Position numbers and translations under genes: made by a program. A stretch of 64,000 bases of DNA, from NCBI GenBank assembly GCA_951406725.2, contig OX597823.1:69998001-70062000 (forward strand). Direction: 5' to 3'. Of the stretch, positions 14,330 through 28,151 are shown piece by piece (position 1 is the stretch's first letter; each line of letters starts with the position of its first letter). The notes beneath the pieces are model-generated. The model made no database searches, had not been told where the DNA came from, and worked only from the letters and a program-made list of their open reading frames with translations. The stretch is from Octopus vulgaris (lineage: Eukaryota).

Positions 14330-15667
14330 CAAGAGGTATTCTATTATGGCCGTAGTCCAAATACTAAAACAAGTAAAAGGAGGAAAAAGATAAAAGAACT
14401 CCAAGAAGCCAGAAATAATTCCACCATCAAGTGTGATGCTATCTCAATTGTCACTCTAGTGCAACGTCTGCCTGTAACTTCTGCGATTGTGTAATAAAGT
14501 TCAGTGAGAGGAGTAGAATGTACTGTGCCAATGATCTTCGGTAGTTCTTAAACAAATGATGAGGCCGATTTGAATATCTATTGTTTGGTGGTTGCGGAAA
14601 AATTGTAAACAAAAAACGTGTTTTAGGACGCAGCAATTTTGGTGAATAGAGAAATAGTGAAGTGTGCGCAGTACGGTGTTTTATGGTGCTTAGATGGATG
14701 ATACACTCTGTGGAGGGCATAAAGTGAGATATGGTGGATAAATTAAGTGGTATTGGAGATGTTGTACGCAACATAATAGAAGAGTAATAGTTACTGCAAA
14801 ATCCTGATAGAAACATCTGAGAGAAAAACAAAAACTGAGAAACTCGAGAGATGGTAGATGAATTTTACATGCAGGGAACTCATATCAGACAAAATCGAAA
14901 TATTTTTCTGGTGTTTTTTTCCACGAAATTCTGGAGCATCGAGAGATCGCTGATATTCAAACTACAGGAATTGCACGACGCAGATTTGGCTCTACAAGAA
15001 CAGTATAATGATAAATTACAATGAGAAAAAATACCCAAAATAATAAAGGATATAGCTCTATGCGACTGTTTACTTACTTTCTTGGATTGGGTCTTAATAG
15101 GGTTAGACACCTAAGCTCTTTGGGGAATGAAATACATTCCTACGTTTCCTCTTTACATTGAGGAGAAACGTTTCTCAACAAAATGAACGATTGAAGCAAT
15201 TAGTGTGCCTATTCCGAAGCAAACTTTTAGTTTACAGTTGAAGGAGCACAATGAAGATAAGTTGCCCTCTGTTCAAGCTATTGGCAGATTTCTTACAGTA
15301 TTTAGAGCTAATTCTACCTAGCACCGGTCCATTTTAACAGACCAAGCTGTTACACGATCTACTCTTGGTACGGTTATAGAATTTGCGTCTCTCTTCAAGT
15401 GATTCTCATCAACTGTTGCTGCTGCCAATGAACCGACTTAACGATATGTATAATACCAAGTTCTACTAGAATTTAATATGAACTAACATGGTTGGTTAGG
15501 TCTTTAAAATTGCTTCTGTCATATCTCTCTCTAATTCTTTCTCTCTCTTCGCTTTGTTTCTGTCATACACACACTCATCACAGATGTTCACACATACATG
15601 CATACATACATACACACGTACTTACATCACTCTCTCCTTCTCTCTCCCTGTTTCTTTCTTTCTCTCC

Positions 15668-15723
<56 letters not shown>

Positions 15724-16279
15724 ATGTGTCTGAGTATTTATATATGTGTGTATATGTGCGTCTGTGTATTCATATATATATACATGTGTCTCTGTATTTA
15801 TATATGTGTGTGCGGCAGACAGACAGATAAGTCATAGAAAAGGTATATATATAGAGTGTCTTAGTACAAACTAGAATGAACTTGAATGAGTGAATCAATG
15901 AACACCATCATCGTCATCGTCATCGTCATTGTCCACCTCATCATCGCCATCATCATCATCATCGTCATTATACTCATCTATATCGTCATAAACAGCAGCA
16001 TCGTCTTCGGCGTAATCATCTTCGCAGCCATCATTATCAACGCCATTGTTAATTTCAAACAATTTCCTCTTTACAAGTAAAGTACAGACGCTAAATATTT
16101 CAGTTACTCCAACCAAGTGTAGTATTACGTCAAAGATAGAACCGGCATCGATGTCAAACTTATTAACGCAGTTTAGAAAGTATTGATTAATTCGTTCAGC
16201 TGTGATACTTGCCATTCCTGATTAAGATTTGGGAGTTTGATTAACTCTAGCAACCATCAAATATTCAGATACTGCACAA

Positions 16280-16427
16280 ACACACACAAACACACACACA
16301 CATACACACACACACACAGATACAAATACACACACATCTGCATATGTGCGTCCGTGTAGGCCAGCGTTTATGATTCCATCTGTCTATTGTATACATATAT
16401 ATATACACCATGTATATATATATACAC

Positions 16428-16471
<44 letters not shown>

Positions 16472-16551
16472 CATTTGTTCATATGTGTATATATATATGT
16501 GTGTGTGTGCGTATATATATATATATATACATATACACATATATGTACATA

Positions 16552-16615
<64 letters not shown>

Positions 16616-16761
16616 TATATATATATATATATATATATTCAAATATGTTTTCATATAAATATATGCCTATGTATATAAACATAAGTATATGTACATATAT
16701 GTATATACATGAACATCTCTTTATATGTCTATATGTGTGTATATATATATGTATATATATG

Positions 16762-16819
<58 letters not shown>

Positions 16820-17204
16820 GAGATATATATACATATACATACAAGGAATTTGATTGACAACCACTACGAAGTTTCACTAAAAGTGTGTTGTATTCAAAAT
16901 ATCTTTTATTCAGTCAATGCTGGTAATTTCTATGCGCATAATATCTCTTATTTTAAACTGTTTCTCTGTGTTTATGTATGTGTATTCATGTATGTATGTT
17001 TATTCATGTATGTATGTATGTATGTATGTATGTATGTATGTATGTATGTATGTATGTATGTATGCTTGTATGCTTGTATGCATGTATGTGTGTGTAGACA
17101 TCTACCATGGTATCTCTGCTTATACAGGAATTGTACATGTATATATGTTTAAAGGAACTATTTATATTTGCATAGATACACCACTGTGTATATGCATATA
17201 CATG

Positions 17205-17241
<37 letters not shown>

Positions 17242-17245
17242 GATA

Positions 17246-17303
<58 letters not shown>

Positions 17304-17340
17304 ATATATGATATACATGGATATATATGATATATAATTG
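16280..17340. repeat. Compound (TA)n/(TATG)n/(CA)n microsatellite field
   Basis: Directly visible. Confidence 0.95.
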
Positions 17341-17782
17341 TATGGATGAATATGTGTATGTGGTTGCCTCTGTGTGTTAATAAAGATTTATCACATAGGA
17401 AATATTGCCAAACTTTGAAATAACAGCATTATTAGCACCAAGGCCTCAATCACTGTTTTGGCTGTCGCTTTCAGTATCTGTTCCCTCATCATCGTCATCG
17501 TCGTCGTTATCATCAGCATCATCATCATCATCATCCTCACAACCATCACCACCACCAACACTACCAACATCTCCACCGAAAACAATACCCCAGTCAGTGT
17601 TGCCTTTTAATACTGTGTGAAAAACTTTGTATAAATACAATGAAGGTTTTACTGTACACAGATACACACAGATATAAAGACGTAAACATACGTATATGCA
17701 CATTCAGACACACGTAGACACACATATGCACATTCATACAAAGACACACACACACACATATATGTGTATATATGTATGTATG

Positions 17783-17848
<66 letters not shown>

Positions 17849-17942
17849 TGTGTGTGTGTATTATGTATATGTATATCTATATCTATATAGAAATATTAAT
17901 ATTTCTAAGTCTCTCTAAAGGAGACCACGGCAGCGGTACTGG

Positions 17943-18310
17943 ATATTAATGGTTATCGCCAAGCTAATATGGCAGTCCATAAATATAGAACCAAAGCTGC
18001 CGTTAATTAGCTCTTGAAAAACAGTGGATGTATTTCACTGAATTTAGGTAAATAATCCTTCGAACAGACGGTCAGTAGCGACGCCTGCTGGGTTCGGCTA
18101 CTCTGCATTGATAAAGGGTAAATACCCTGAAACATATCTGCAGATGCCTGACCAGCAAGGGGAAGCGGCTGACCTCCCGTGCTGGAAGGTTATAATGCAC
18201 ACAGGTGCGTGTGTCATATAGCTAGCTAGAGGCGATGGCCTCTTGGAACTAATCAACGGCAGCTTTCGTCCTATATTTATGGACTGCCATATTAGCTTGG
18301 CGATAACTAT

Positions 18311-18316
<6 letters not shown>
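17943..18316 (+). mobile_element. Penelope-like pLTR with an inverted copy of its 3' end
   Basis: 71-bp inverted arms at 17943-18013 and 18246-18316 (6 mismatches by eye), an internal hammerhead motif, and an end in (AT)n. Confidence 0.7.
18102..18144 (+). ncRNA. Minimal type I hammerhead ribozyme-like motif (U3-A8 core)
   Basis: TCTGCA-TTGATAA-AGGGT/AAAT/ACCCT-GAAA-CATATC-TGCAGA: stem I 6 bp, stem II 5 bp, stem III with one mismatch. Confidence 0.65.
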
Positions 18317-18346
<30 letters not shown>

Positions 18347-18349
<3 letters not shown>

Positions 18350-20995
18350 TGATATTGATTGATTGATTGATTGATTGATTCTAGTTTCAGCTCACGAGCT
18401 GTGGCCATGCTGGGGCACCGCCATTTGGTGTTGCTACATGGTTTTACTTCACGAATGCTTTTTAGCAACTGTCATTTGGTGCATGAGAGAGTTCGATGCA
18501 GCTGCCCTCATCTGCACCTCCTGCCGTGAAGTTGGTTCATCTGGGATACCTGACAAGAAGAGATCCAGTTTCATTTTAAAGACATCTGCATCCACCCCAT
18601 GCAGGTCTCTTAGGTTCTTCGGGAGGATATTGAAGAGCTGTGGGCCTCGGAAGCCCAGGCTATCACAGTATCTTGTCCTACATCTTGATGGCAAATTTGG
18701 AGTCCTTGGCACCACGCAGTGGCGCCCAGTTCTGGCATTTGTGTAACTCTCGATGCCAAAGTTTGGGACAAGTCCTTCCAGGATCTTCTAGATGTATATT
18801 ATGGCATATCTTTCTCGCCTACGCTCCAAGGAATAGAGTTTTAATCTCTTGAGTCTTTCCCAGTAGCTTATATGCTGCACAGATGCTATCTTCTTTGTGT
18901 AGCTACGTTGGATCGCCTCAAGCTCTGTGATCAGCTTGACACTGGATGGTGACCATAGCTGAGAGCAATAGTCAAAGTGGCTTAGGACAAGTGTCCTCCA
19001 GAGGACCATCATGGTTTCTTGTTCTCTTGTTCTAAAGGTTCTAAGAATCCATCCGGCCAGTCGTCTACATTTCATTGCCAAGTTAGCAACATGTACACGA
19101 AAGGTTGCGTCATCACTCATGTAAATACCCAGGTCACGCACTGATTGTGCCTCTGGGATTGCAATTCCTCCGGGTCCAGTGTATTCATTGGGTATTGCAT
19201 TTAGTTTTGCATGCTGATAGAATAAAGCTTGAGACTTTTCAGCATTGAACTGCATGCTATTCTTTTCAGCACACTTGTATATTTTGTCCAGCTCACATTG
19301 CAGGCGTTTAGTGTCCTCGGGGTTCTGTATTGCCTGTGAAACTTTTGTATCATCTGCATAACTTGTGATCGTGGCTCTCTGCGTGGCTGAGGGCATGTCT
19401 GAGAGGGCCATTATGAACAGTAGTGGTCCCAAAACAGTGCCCTGCGGAACACCGCTCACTATTTGCGTGTTAATGGAAGTGGCCCCATTGGCTACTACCA
19501 CCTGACTTCTATCTTTCAGAAAGTCATGAAGCCATTCTCCCAGTTATCCAACTATGCTAAGATCACGCAGTTTGTGACATATCATTCCATGATCGACTTT
19601 ATCAAAGGCCTTTGCAAAGTCGAGATATATCACTTCCACATTTGAGTGGTTGAGCAGTCGTTTCAGCACCCAGTCATAGTGTTGTAGGAGCTGAGTTAAG
19701 CAGCTTCTTCCTGGTCGGAAACCATGTTGGGTGTCAGGCAGCAAGTCATTTTCTTCAAGGAAGGTGATCAGTTTCCTTCTGACTATTCGTTCCATGACCT
19801 TGCTGATGTGTGAGGTCAGAGAGATAGGTCTGTATTTCTTGGCCTCCGCTCTGCTACCTCCTTTATGAATAGGGCATATTTTACCTTCCTTCAGTTTTCT
19901 TGGAAGTTTGCCAGCTGCAAGGAAGCTCTGAAAGAGGAACTGCAGTGGTCTTGCTAGGACTCTCTTACATACTTTTAGGAGGATTGCCGGGAATCCATCG
20001 GGGCCAGTAGCTGAGTCTGTTTTCATTTCATCTATAGCCTTTATTACATCGTCTTCCTTTATATCGATGTAATTTATCGTCGCCGCCTCTGATTTTATAT
20101 CTGCAGTGGTAAAGAAGTCAGTTGGATTGGTGATTTGGAAATGCCCAAGGGGTGGAGTGAAAACACTCTTGAATTGCTCATTCAGTATTTCACTTACCCT
20201 CATTGGTTTTCCTGTGAGTTTGCCATCCTTTTCAAGGAGTGGCCCTATCCTACAGTGCACCGTAGCTGTTTCTTTGGCATACCTGTAGAAAGTTCTGGGG
20301 TTAGATTTTATGTTTTCTATAGCCCAGGCTTCTTTGTCTGCTCTTTCCTTTTCATGGGAGAGTTGCAGACATTTTTCAATTTCCAACAGTTTTATTTTCA
20401 GGACTTTTCACTGCTTTCAATTTGTTTGTTTAGGCGATTTGAAATTTTTGTACGCCGTCTCATTAAAATTTTCCTCTCTCTGGGGATTTTGTTCTTGTGT
20501 ACAGTGGCCTTTCTCTCTGGGACACATTTGTAGCATATGGCTTGCATTACAGACATGAATTGTTGAAGTTTCACGTCGATGTCGGGCGAGGAGAGACATT
20601 CAGGCCAGTTTTGTTTGAGGATCTCTTTCTCAATTTGTTTCCAGTTTGCCTTATGGAAGTTCAAGCTTGTCATTCCTGGGAGAGAAAGGCCCTCGGGCCA
20701 TCTGACATTGGGTAGATTGAAGTCTCCCATAAGAAGTACACTTATGTGTTGTTCTAATGTGATTAGAACTTCTTCCTATATTGTTATAAGGCAGTCTTCA
20801 AACTTGCCTACATGGCTTGGGGCATCTGGAGGGCGATATGTAGCACACACAACTACATCAAGTTGCCTTATATGTACAATTAGTGTGTCACACACCGAGT
20901 TTGAGTATGACAAAAGGACCTGGGGTGTGAGGACCTCACGGATGTACATAGCAACTCCTCCATGACTCCTTTCTTTTCTGTCGGTCCGTAGTACA
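18347..20995 (-). mobile_element. CR1/L2-group LINE, 5'-truncated, decayed ORF2 (APE + RT)
   Basis: ORFs 20776-21165, 20398-20730, 19544-20386, 18788-19501 and 18449-18715 carry GGVAMYI, YRPP, GDFN, YRPISLTS, QHGFR, YLDFAKAFDKV, GVPQGTVLGPLLF, YADDTK and LYSLERRR; (TCAA)n tail; internal stops, frameshifts and an apparent deletion of the APE C-terminus near 20668. Confidence 0.95.
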
Positions 20996-21375
20996 ACATA
21001 TATATATCGTATGAAAGAACGCTTGAAAAAGAGCATGTACATATTTTTCCGTGGCAGATGTGTATGTAATATATAATATATCGCGTGTTTAATGTAATGC
21101 TGATGGAGGGCAATAACATGAAATGATAGTACTCTTGCAGATTCTATTTGTGTACACAGACTCACTTTTTTACTTGTAAAGTTGAATTACCTAATTTAAA
21201 AGGATAAAAATGTTCAGGTATATTTGGTGTGGTCATATGAGGGCCAATAGATAAATGTTTCGTTCTTTATAGGTGCATCTTTTTGCTTTATTTTCTATCC
21301 AATATTTTTGTCCAATATGCTAGAAACTGTTATTTGTAGTTCCATTTGCATCTGAATAACTTTTTGATATATATT

Positions 21376-21425
<50 letters not shown>

Positions 21426-21660
21426 TATGTACATATATACATGCAGTATGTCTACGTGTGTGTCTGTGTACAGTAAAAATGCATAAATGCAGTACATATA
21501 TAAAATATACAAATATATTTATACGTATGCCCATCAGTAAACATACAGACATATAATATATACACATTTATATATGAGTGTATATCACTATATACATTTG
21601 TGTATATGTGCATATGTATATATATGTATTTACATCATATTTATACTTATGTGCGTATGT

Positions 21661-21707
<47 letters not shown>

Positions 21708-21715
21708 TATGTGCT

Positions 21716-21776
<61 letters not shown>

Positions 21777-22386
21777 TCTTTTGTGTGTGCATATATATAT
21801 ATAGAGAGAGAGAAAGAGAGAGACAGAGAGAGAGATAAATTGATAAATAGGTAGATATACATAAATAGGTATTTATGTATATTTGTATGTGTGTGTATGT
21901 GTTTGTTTGTATACATTCGTACACACTTTTAGCAAGTAGAGACAGATTTCTTTAGACACTCAAGATGAGGTGTTGCTTCTTGTCTCTTTCAGTTATGATA
22001 TAGTTGACAACATTACTGTCAGAGCTAGTATCAGTTTTTGAATTTCAACATCTGTTTGTGCATCAACATAATCATGTTACTGAAAATTGTTGTAATATCA
22101 TGGTGTTTGTTCTGTGTCTCACTGCATGTGTATTATATATATATGTCTGTATACTAATGTATATGTGATTCATATGTTTATATCAGAATGTGGATATACT
22201 GTATGTATGTCTGAGTGTTTGTGAATTATCAAATATTATGTTATTATTGTAACTATGGAAGTCACTGCACCGGCGTTCACGAAGCGATTACTGTCAGAAA
22301 TAGGCTGTGAATTATGCTAACACTATATTTTGAATCTTTTGACTGTTTTCTTATTCTCTTAAATAACAATCTCAGATTCCCAAGCA

Positions 22387-22420
<34 letters not shown>

Positions 22421-22503
22421 CCACCGTATTGTTTGGGTTATTTTTGACAGATAATGAATAGACTTGATTTAGACACAAAGTAATAATAATAAAAATAACA
22501 ATA

Positions 22504-23075
22504 GCGTGACTCGCGTTGTTAGCGCTTGTGAAAGTCTTGCGCAGAAAGAGTATAAGCGTAGACACGACATGGTAGCTCAAAACCTCCACTGGCTACTATG
22601 CCGTAAGTATGGATATGAAGTTACAGGTGCTTGGTACCAACATACACTGGCAAAAGGTAATGGACGAAAAGGGGAAGGCAAAGACTCTCTGGGACTTTCA
22701 CTTCCAGGCAGACAAGGTATTAGAGCACAGAAGGCCGGATATAGTAACCTTTAGGAGGGACAAACAACAGTGCCTAATAACTGATGTGGCAGCGGCAAGA
22801 GATCAACATATCATCATGAAAGAAAGAGAAAAGGTTAATAAATATGGAGACCTGAGAAGTGTGATCACTAAGATGTGGCAACTACGAGAGTCAAACATAA
22901 ATGTTACCCCAATTGTCATCAGAGCATTGGATTCAATACCACCCAATCTGAAAAAAAAACATCTGAAAACTTTAGAAATACCCTACAATCTAGGTGTATT
23001 GCAAAAGTCGGCATTACTTGGAACTGCACGCATATTGTCTTGGGTCCTTGTCGTGACTTGACAGACATTACAAAC
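22504..23075 (+). mobile_element. RLE non-LTR retrotransposon 3' fragment (R4/Dong-like)
   Basis: VVSAC..LAQKEYKRRHD followed by WDF...RRPDIV...DVA...EKVNKYGDL...LQKSALLGTARIL (restriction-like endonuclease); frameshift near 22650. Confidence 0.88.
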
Positions 23076-23232
23076 CCCCCTTAGATACAATATCTTCAAT
23101 CAACAACCTCAGGATATTCCTTCATGATGATATTGTATGTTATTAACTTTTGATAACAAGTGGCCATCTGGTCAATGCAGCAACATGTGTATTACACTGA
23201 TCACAAAAGTTACGAGTAATGCCTGTAATTAA

Positions 23233-23569
23233 AGACCCCCTTCAGTCATGAATGACAATGGTTTGCACCTAGAAAGTTACCCTCCGAGGCACAAGTCCAG
23301 GCAAGGTTGTTTACGGAAGACCAGCAGTCATCCATGCATACCAGCCTTCCCTCTCCATGCCACCAATGTTGTCCAAGGGAAAGACAACGGTTGATACAGC
23401 TTGGCACCAGTGACTCCACAACTCATTTCTATAGCTGAGTGAAAAGGAGCAACGTGAAATAAAGTGTCTTGCTCAAGAACACAAGACACAGCCCGATCCG
23501 GGAATCGAACTCACCACCTTATAATTGTGAGCCCGAGGTTCTAACCACTGAGCCAAGCGCTTTCATATC
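23233..23569 (-). mobile_element. SINE with family C head/CORE-like block and a distinct tail
   Basis: Shares gagcaacgtgaaataaagtgtcttgctcaag with 43941-43972; 14-bp TSD ATGCC(T/C)GTAATTAA at 23219-23232 and 23570-23583. Confidence 0.88.
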
Positions 23570-23769
23570 ATGCCCGTAATTAATCTTATATCATCAAAGA
23601 AACTGCTGGTAAGTGATCCTGTAGTTAATATTCATTTCGCCTTCAACTAGAGAAAGATGCGAATGAACGCGATCTTCTGTTAGCAAGAGATTACAAGTAA
23701 GTGTAGTTAACAATTTTGTGAGCAATTTAGTTAATTTTATATCTGCCCGAACTGTAAAAAACTAAAAAA

Positions 23770-24715
23770 TGTTTTTATTTACTCAGATGAAATCGATGTA
23801 CACAGGACTACTTACATACAACACTGTTTGATGGTTAAGTCACGGTTCTATTCTTAAACGGTTTATTTAGCGTTTGTTTGAAGTTAGTGTTTTGTTTTGT
23901 TCGTTTTATTTTTTGACGTTTTTTCTTTTTTGCCAAGAATTATCTGACGTTGTTTGAATTTATAGATTAATGCTCTTTGCAGATTTTTTTCCTTTACACT
24001 TAAAGTATTTCAACAATAATTAACAGTTATCTGGTAAAACACTTCACAATATATTTGATTAAATAAACGCCTTTGAAATGAAACTATAAAAGTTTTTCAA
24101 CAGCATCACAGTGGCGCTTTTACATACTTCCTAAACCTTAAAAAACACATGACTGTTCTTAAGTTCCTCATAGAACAGACATTCAGGTTGCTCAAAAGCA
24201 ATTACTGAGCACCGTTAAATCAACTGCTGAATAACTTTTAACATTTACTAACTTCAGATCATCTCAAGAAATTGCAAAATTCATTAACTTTTTCGACTGT
24301 GAGACGTCAGACAACTTGAATTTAGAATTGTTTCAATGGATAGATTTAAGTTGAAAGTAATTCTTTTAGAAAAGCAGCTTAATTTGGTGGTAAAGAAAAA
24401 AAAACATTGTAAATTACCATACTTAATTTGAAAACACTGAAGCGATCGTTTAGTAACATGAATACTGCAAAAAATGCAGAAAACTCTGCTATGGAGTCAC
24501 GTTCCTGAAACTTTTGCATGTCTGAAAAATTTCAAGCAGTATTGTTAAGAGTATGTACTTTTGTGAGCTGTTGTTTTTAGTGATGCACTTTGTCGAGTAC
24601 AATTAGAGTAGCCTTACTAATGAAACCAGTGTTGGTTGCATAGCTCTCACAACAACCTCATATAATCATGATGTAAAGTATTTGATATCGGTAGTGCAAC
24701 AGTAAAAGTTTCATG
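23770..24715 (+). pseudogene. Heavily decayed hAT (Charlie/Buster, GTF2IRD2-like) transposase
   Basis: Fragments GLLTYNTV*WLSHGSILKRF (compare VRWLSRG), INAFEMKL, WSHVPETFACLK and a C-terminal LTNET...QQ*KFH. Confidence 0.6.
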
Positions 24716-26813
24716 GAAAGTAAATTTTTTATTTTCATCCACTTAAGTTTTTTGTTTTTTATTATATAAATATTTGCGTTTCTTCTTTCTTATCAAGGTA
24801 CAATATAATTCATAAATGATGTTCATTTTTCTATTGTCTCGTATAAAAGAAAAACATTGATATCGATTACTTTTATTCTGTTATAACAATACATACTATA
24901 TATGTATTGTTATTTTTGTTACTTTTTATAAATCTATTGACATTATTAATTACATAAAAATTCTTAAAATGCTTTCATTTGAATTCCTTGTTAAATTTCT
25001 ATCATTATTAACATACTAAATACACATGATTAAGTATCAAGACATCTTAATTTTCCTCGAAGGTATCCATTCATTAATTTTATTTTGTGAATAAAATCTA
25101 TAATTCTAAAAGCTGTCCCACTAAAACAATTCAGAAAATATTGTACAACACAAATAGAATGGTCTAAGTTAAGAATAAACCCTGCAATTTTGAGGGGAGG
25201 GGCTAGTCGATCCTATCGGCCCCAGTATCAAACTGATACATAATGAACTAATACATCATTTATCGATGTACGACCAAGAGTACTACTTATTGAATTATAG
25301 AGTAGTGGTTGTTCCCTGGTCAATCTGTACCTTTAACTTATTCTACAGACTTAGTCGCGACACGGTATAGGACGAATCTGATTCTTTGAATTATATGCAT
25401 AGCCCATACGATAGGCTTCGACTCAGTTTTATTTCCCTGCATCTTTGGTTGACTCTTGAATATATCAAATGGCGTTTATCCAAAGATGCCGTGAAATAAA
25501 ATTAAACCAGAGCTCCCTCGATTGCAAAGCGAAGATTTTTACCTATTTGGCCAGGCCTGTAAACACTCAAATACATAATTTATTCCCACCTCACACACAT
25601 TCTTCTACAAATGTGCCTCTTTCAAAATTACATAGCTGATGGCTCTAAATGTGGAAATACAATGTTACAAAAAATAAACAAATGTTACGCAAAGTATTTA
25701 AGTTACCTCTAATGGAAGCATACAGAGTCGATAAAATTTACATTTGTGCCAAAAAATTACGGACTGTTTTATTAACTGAATTCTTGAAAATGTAGAAATT
25801 AAAATTATTGATTGCATTTAGACACATAATTTAATTTAATTAATAAATTAAAACTGTCCGATCTAAGCATAGCAGACACCAACAATATATTCCCCTTCAT
25901 AGAAAGTACATTGATAAAAACTTTAGAACATCGACCTTTGATGTTCTGGGTTCAAATTCCGCAGAGGTTTGCTCAACAGTTTATCTTTCCAACGTTGATA
26001 AAATAAAAGACTAGTTTAATACTGTTATTTCAATATTAGTGAAGAGATTTAGAAGATACCCCTGTTAATCAATTTTATTGGTTAATACAGATGTCTTCTG
26101 AGGTTCTTCACACGAGAGACTACCACTGAAAATCATGAACAGATCTCAGAAATGGCCACAGTATTCCTATGAGGAACAGTCCTCTTACGCAGATTATTTT
26201 TAGCTTTGTGAAATACACCATGTACGTCTCAAGCCAGTTTAGATATACTGTGTCTATAACAAGGTCAAATGATCAAAACCTGAAAATTCACAAATATCAG
26301 ACTATGAATGTATAGAAGAAGTCGTTAAAAATGAATCTGGGTTTGTCTTGTAGAATGTGAGAGATACAAACAAATATTTTTGAAAAATAAATGTAAGATG
26401 GTATCAGAGGTCAATACAAGAGGTGTACATTATATCACGCGATATTTCTAAATATAAATATAGACAGTACTCAAACCTGAACAGGCAATAGTTTCTGCCA
26501 ACTTAAATATCTTAATTTATCACTTAAAATAGAAGGAAATTCTGAAAAATTGTTGAAACCGTTAAATCTCAAACTTAGACAAAGAGAAAACAGACAACTA
26601 AAAGGAGAAGGTATATATGCATACATAGACATGTATGTATGATGTGTGTGTGTATGAATGTATGTGCGTATTTTGTGCGTGTCTGTCAATGTGTGTTGTG
26701 TGAGTGTGTGTGTGTATGTGTGTGTATGTGTGCGTTTGTGTGTTATGGTTTATTTTTATATAAGTAATTATATGGTTTATTTTTATATAAGTAATTATAT
26801 TTTGCTGGAAGTG

Positions 26814-26908
<95 letters not shown>

Positions 26909-27089
26909 GCTGAAGTTGTCTGTGTATGGCAGGTTTTGTAGCCTTCAACTAACACTATCTCCTGCAAGACCCTGCGGCGCAAGTTGACCAAAATTGAGAG
27001 TATGATAGAAGAAGGCTTGCTCTTCCTTCCGTAGAAGAAAATATTCAAATTGGACCATGTTAACACCAAAAATTATTTACATCAAAAAG

Positions 27090-27289
27090 GTGCTTTTTTT
27101 TAATAAAAATCCCTATTTTTTACAATTTTTTGACAGGTGTGTCGTCATTTTTCGGTATATTTCAACCAAAAAAATGTTCACTTAAAGAGAATAACAAGCT
27201 ACATAATGCAACATTTTTACTTTTCGAAAATTCCAATTCTAAAGGGTCGAAAAGAAAACAAGCCCGAGCAACGCTGGGCTATACTGCTA

Positions 27290-27290
<1 letters not shown>
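27090..27290 (+). mobile_element. Helitron 3' end (non-autonomous fragment)
   Basis: GC hairpin gcccgagcaacgctgggc (27262-27279) followed by CTAG (27287-27290) and then T; 5' boundary uncertain. Confidence 0.7.
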
Positions 27291-27346
<56 letters not shown>

Positions 27347-27370
27347 GTCATACTTTCGAGAGAATGTGGA

Positions 27371-27552
27371 ATAATTCTTTTTTGAAATTGGTTCTCGAAA
27401 TGCATATAAAGTCACAAATAATAGCATGTTGAAAACAAAATCCTTTTAGATAAAAAAAAAAGTGATTCGAAAGGATTTTTCAACACAATCTTTTCATGCA
27501 ATTATTTTTAGTCTTCTAAGTATTTCGAGAACCAATTCCGAAATAGAATTAT
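27371..27552. repeat. Imperfect fold-back (MITE-like) palindrome
   Basis: Arms of about 58 bp (aattggttctcgaaat / atttcgagaaccaatt) plus an inner gttgaaaa..aatccttt / aaaggatttttcaac pair. Confidence 0.8.
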
Positions 27553-27799
27553 ATACAGACGTAGTATAAACAGAGAAGACGTTAATGTATTCTGAGATAT
27601 TCTGGAAGAACGCAACGAAAAGAAATTGTCAATGCCCTGGGCAAAACAGCTCGATGGAACATCTGTTTGCCCCAGATTCACTTATTTGTCTTTTTTACCT
27701 TTTCACTGAACTGACATCTGCTTGAGCAGTCTATTGTTGGTCTTCTTGCCTTCTGGTGAATACAACTAACATAGTTTATAGTAAAGTAAATATTGGTTG

Positions 27800-28151
27800 C
27801 AAATTTTGGCACAAGGCCAGTAATTTCATGTTGGAGTTAAGTCGATTACAACGATCCCAGTGCTTAACGGGTACTTATTTTATCGACTCCGAAAGTCGAC
27901 CTCTGTGAAGTTTGAACTCAGAATGTAAGGATGGGTGAAATACCTATTTCTTTACTACCCACAAGGGACTACAAGGACAGACAAACGGATTAAGTCGATT
28001 ACATCGACCCCAGTGCGTAACTGGTACTTATTTAATCGACCCCGAAAGGCAAAGTCGACCTCGGCGGAATTTGAACTCAGAACGTAGCGACAGACGAAAT
28101 ACCGCTGAGCATTTTACCCGGCGCGCTAACGTTTCTGCCAGCTTTCTGCTT
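27800..28151 (-). mobile_element. Two adjacent or nested family A SINEs (old 27800-27943, young 27944-28151)
   Basis: Both align to family A; GTGAAATA at 27935-27942 and 28153-28160 is a possible TSD. Confidence 0.85.

Noticed and set aside
14430-15430. Coding-like composition here and at 34440-34900
   Set aside because: Frames are interrupted and no motif was recognised; needs BLASTX.
15895-16215. Asp-rich or hydrophobic ORFs (also 12516, 17391-17703, 60533-60845)
   Set aside because: Products of degenerate (CAT)n tracts.
18449-21165. Active reverse transcriptase gene or prokaryotic retron/DGR-type system
   Set aside because: Standard APE-RT LINE with stops, frameshifts, a deletion and 5' truncation.
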